In this document: one piece after another, positions 62,201 through 64,000 of the stretch
How the letters are laid out: each line of letters starts with the position of its first letter
Position numbering within the stretch: the stretch's first letter is position 1
Origin: Lobosporangium transversale
Lineage: Eukaryota
Assembly (NCBI RefSeq): GCF_002105155.1
Contig: NW_019029012.1
Coordinates: 62,001-126,000 of the forward strand
Reading direction: 5' to 3'
Length of the DNA: 64,000 bases
Program-made: the position numbers and the translations under genes
The notes under the pieces: generated by a model
The model's database searches: none
Seen by the model: the letters and a program-made list of their open reading frames with translations, nothing else
What the model was told of the DNA's origin: nothing

Positions 62201-64000
62201 TTAATAAAGTTGTGTGCCAAGTCTAGAGTAGTTAATGTTGTGTTGGTCTTGAGTGCCTCTGACAGTACCAGAGCTCCTTCATCCGTAATCTTGTTCTGTG
62301 CCAACTCTAGAGTGGTTAATGTTGTGTTGGTCTTGAGTGCCTCTGACAGTGCCAGAGCTCCTTTATCCTTAATGTTGTTGTTTGCCAAGACCAGACTGGT
62401 TAAAGTTGTGTTGATTTTGAGTGCCTCTGACAGTACAAGAGCTCGTTCATCCCCAATGAATTTTTTACGAAAGTCCAACCTGGTCAGTGTCGTGCTCTTT
62501 GACAGCATCAGAGCTACTTTTTTCGCATACGAACTACACTCCATGCCCAGAATGGTCGAAGTTGTGTTGACCTTAAGTGCCTCCGACAGTTCAATAGCCC
62601 CTCTTTCCCCAATTGGGTTGCTCGATAAGTCCAGAGTGGTTAAAGTTCTGTTGGATTCGAGTACCGATGACAGCATCGTTGCCGCTTCATCTCCAATAAA
62701 GTTGTTCATCAAGTCCAGAGTGGTTAAAGTTCTGTTGGATAAGAGTGCCTTTGACAGTTCAATAGCCCCTTCACTCCCAATAAAGTTATTCATCAAGTCC
62801 AGAGTGGTCAAAGTTGTGTTGGTCATAAGTACCTCAGACAGTGCACGAGCTCCTTCATACCTAATTGAGTTTCCAGCCAAGCTCAAAGTGCTTAAAGTTA
62901 TGTTGGCCTTAAGTGCCTCTGAGAGTGCAAGCACCCCCTTATCCCTAATTTTGTTGCCCGTCAAGTCCAAAGTGCTTAAAGTGCCGTTGATCTGAAGTGC
63001 TATTGAGAGTGAACTAGCCCCATCAGATTCAATTAAGTTACCCGTCAAGTTCAAGGTGATTAAAGTTTTGTTGATCTTAAGCGCCACTGAGAGTACACCA
63101 GTCCCTTTATCCCCAATTAAGTTGTCCGTCAAGTCCAAAGTGCTTAAAGCTCTGTTAGCCATAAGTGCCTCAGATAGTGCACGAACTCCTTCATGCCCAA
63201 TTGAGTTTCTCGTCAAGTTCAGAGTGGTTAAAGTTTTGTTGATCTTAAGTGCCTTTGAGAGTACATGAGTCCCTTCATCCCCAATTGAGTTGCCCGTCAA
63301 GTCCAAAGCGCTTAAAGCTCTGTTGGTCTCAAGCGCCTTTGACAGTGCAAGGGCTCCTTCCTTCCCAACTGAGCTGTCTGTTAAGTCTAACATAGTTAAG
63401 GTTGTATTATTTTTGAGTTCTTCTGATAGTGCACGAACTGCTTCCTCTCCAATCGAGCTGTCTGTCAAGGCTAAAGCGGTGAAATAGCTGATAGTCTTAA
63501 GCGTCCCGGGAAATTTAGAGGGCGCTCCCTTCCCAATTAAGCTATTCTTCAAGCCCAAGGCGAGTAAAGCTGCTTTGGTCTTGAGTGGGCTTCCAGGTAC
63601 TTGAGATACACTTGCTACGTTGCTCCAAGGGCTTATCTCAATGGTTAAGTTATGAGGGTGCGGTGGTGTCTCGGGTCGTAGAGCGGAATCTTTTATGAAA
63701 TTTGATGGTAGAACAATATGAATCATTTTCATATTTTTAAGTCTCATGATGCGAGCAAGTATTTCATATCGCATGGATCTTTTGAGTAGTGGCCGGTTGA
63801 TGCCTTCTTGAAACGATCCAAGTTCAAGCCTAAGAATCGATACACTTGACTTCTTTAGTGCATACTCAAATGCTTTAAGTTCAGTCTTGGTCCAGTCACA
63901 GCTGAGTGTGATATCCAGTTCATAAACACAGCTTATCTCGGTCAGGGCTTTGAAGAAGTATTTCGCTTCAGTCCTTGATTCCAATACGTAAACCAATTTA
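59260..64000 (-). CDS. LRR protein D (5' end outside the window), >1578 aa with roughly 50 RI-type LRRs
   Basis: The open frame begins in the shared VYELDIT..DWTK..L..F...LKKSSVSILRLELG block and continues into the 28-aa repeats. Confidence 0.9.
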   Translation of the reverse strand, partial: KLVYVLESRTEAKYFFKALTEISCVYELDITLSCDWTKTELKAFEYALKKSSVSILRLELGSFQEGINRPLLKRSMRYEILARIMRLKNMKMIHIVLPSNFIKDSALRPETPPHPHNLTIEISPWSNVASVSQVPGSPLKTKAALLALGLKNSLIGKGAPSKFPGTLKTISYFTALALTDSSIGEEAVRALSEELKNNTTLTMLDLTDSSVGKEGALALSKALETNRALSALDLTGNSIGDEGTHVLSKALKINKTLTTLNLTRNSIGHEGVRALSEALMANRALSTLDLTDNLIGDKGTGVLSVALKINKTLITLNLTGNLIESDGASSLSIALQINGTLSTLDLTGNKIRDKGVLALSEALKANITLSTLSLAGNSIRYEGARALSEVLMTNTTLTTLDLMNNFIGSEGAIELSKALLSNRTLTTLDLMNNFIGDEAATMLSSVLESNRTLTTLDLSSNPIGERGAIELSEALKVNTTSTILGMECSSYAKKVALMLSKSTTLTRLDFRKKFIGDERALVLSEALKINTTLTSLVLANNNIKDKGALALSEALKTNTTLTTLELAQNKITDEGALVLSEALKTNTTLTTLDLAHNFIKDEGALALSEALKTNTTLTALDLAHNYIKEEGALALSEILKSNATLITLDLAHNDITDEGALALSEALKTNTTLTALDLAHNYIKDEGALALSEALKTNTTLTTLDLAHTYIKDEGALALSEALKTNTTLTALDLAHNYIKEEGALALSEALKTNATLITLDLAHNDIMDEGALALSEALKTNTTLTSLALAHNYIEDEGALALSKALKTNTTLATLDLAHNYITDEGALALSEALKINTTLTSLALAHNNIKDKGALALSEALKTNTTLTTLELAQNKITDEGALVLSEALKTNTTLTTLDLAHNFIKDEGALALSEALKTNTTLTSLALAHNYIEDEGALVLSEALKTNTTLTTLELTQNKITDEGALVLSEALKTNTTLTTLDLAHNDITDEGALALSEALKINTTLTSLALAHNNIKDKGALALSEALKTNTTLTTLDLTYNCIKMEVALAPSATPNIIKTLTSLDLTNSINEKDALEMSVERRINTTLATLMLGYKPIRDGGALALSEALKTNATLTTLDLDILIGKEGALALSEALKTNTTLTTLKLMNNSFGDEGVLALSEALKFNTTLTTLNLTNNAIGEREAIALSIGLTTNRTLSTLDLTSNSIGDEGALALSEALKTNATLTTLNLMNNEIRIKGVLALSEALKANTALTTLDLVDNSIGDEGARALSEALMSNTTLTALYLVSNKIGIKGVLVLSDALKTNTTLTTLDLKGSSIWDERALALSEALIANASLTTSDLWDSSIGDIGVLALSEALRTNTTLTTLRWGYNSIGNEGALALSEVLKVNKTIIIMDLEGNSIKVEGATALSEALETNTVLTVMNLTYNLIEDEGVLALSKALKTNTSLTTLSLTGNAIGDEGAVALSYALKVNKTLTTVDLTSNSIGDKGAQALSEALITNIALTILDLWDNSIGDKGARALSEALMSNTTLTALYLNGNPIGDEGVLTLFKTLKTSRSLTTLDLFGKNGSE
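60901..62412 (-). repeat. 18 tandem, near-identical 84-bp coding repeats within LRR gene D
   Basis: The unit core gttgtgttggtcttgagtgcctctgacagtgccagagctccttcatcc recurs with an exact 84-bp period (18 x 84 = 1512). Confidence 0.95.

Noticed and set aside
60901..62412. Regularly spaced repeats resembling a CRISPR array
   Set aside because: They are in-frame 84-bp coding repeats with no unique spacers, there are no cas genes, and the context is eukaryotic.
59726..62995. Long plus-strand ORFs antisense to LRR gene D (also at 24016-25068, 28410-29000 and 39477-40142)
   Set aside because: They mirror the repetitive LRR codons, which rarely give antisense stops, and show no independent protein signature.

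Overview
Intron-rich, AT-rich eukaryotic DNA with abundant poly-A/T tracts. The gene families present suggest an early-diverging fungus of the Mortierellaceae type, which is an inference. Conserved genes are a HIT-family hydrolase, GEP4, a DUF1772-like protein, a SAL1/SCaMC carrier, an ECL1-like protein, ADE12 and RTR1/RPAP2. They are interleaved with two accessory systems. (1) A ~9.2-kb island (1874-11048) bracketed by an inverted ~95-105 bp repeat holds a decayed PIF/Harbinger transposase and its partner ORF, a TA-flanked MITE, a Crinkler-type Ubl-NTPase-REase gene and two decayed effector-like remnants. (2) A minus-strand cluster holds four paralogous proteins with a novel N-terminal domain, a coiled coil, a Roco/TORNADO1-C-terminus-like domain and 28-aa RI-type LRRs (about 6, 7, 17 and ~50 repeats), interspersed with two paralogous TRP-like channel genes. 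The last LRR gene contains 18 near-identical, shuffled 84-bp repeats whose variation is concentrated at predicted ligand-facing positions. No rRNA, tRNA or CRISPR array was recognised. All exon structures and family calls were read by eye, without database searches.
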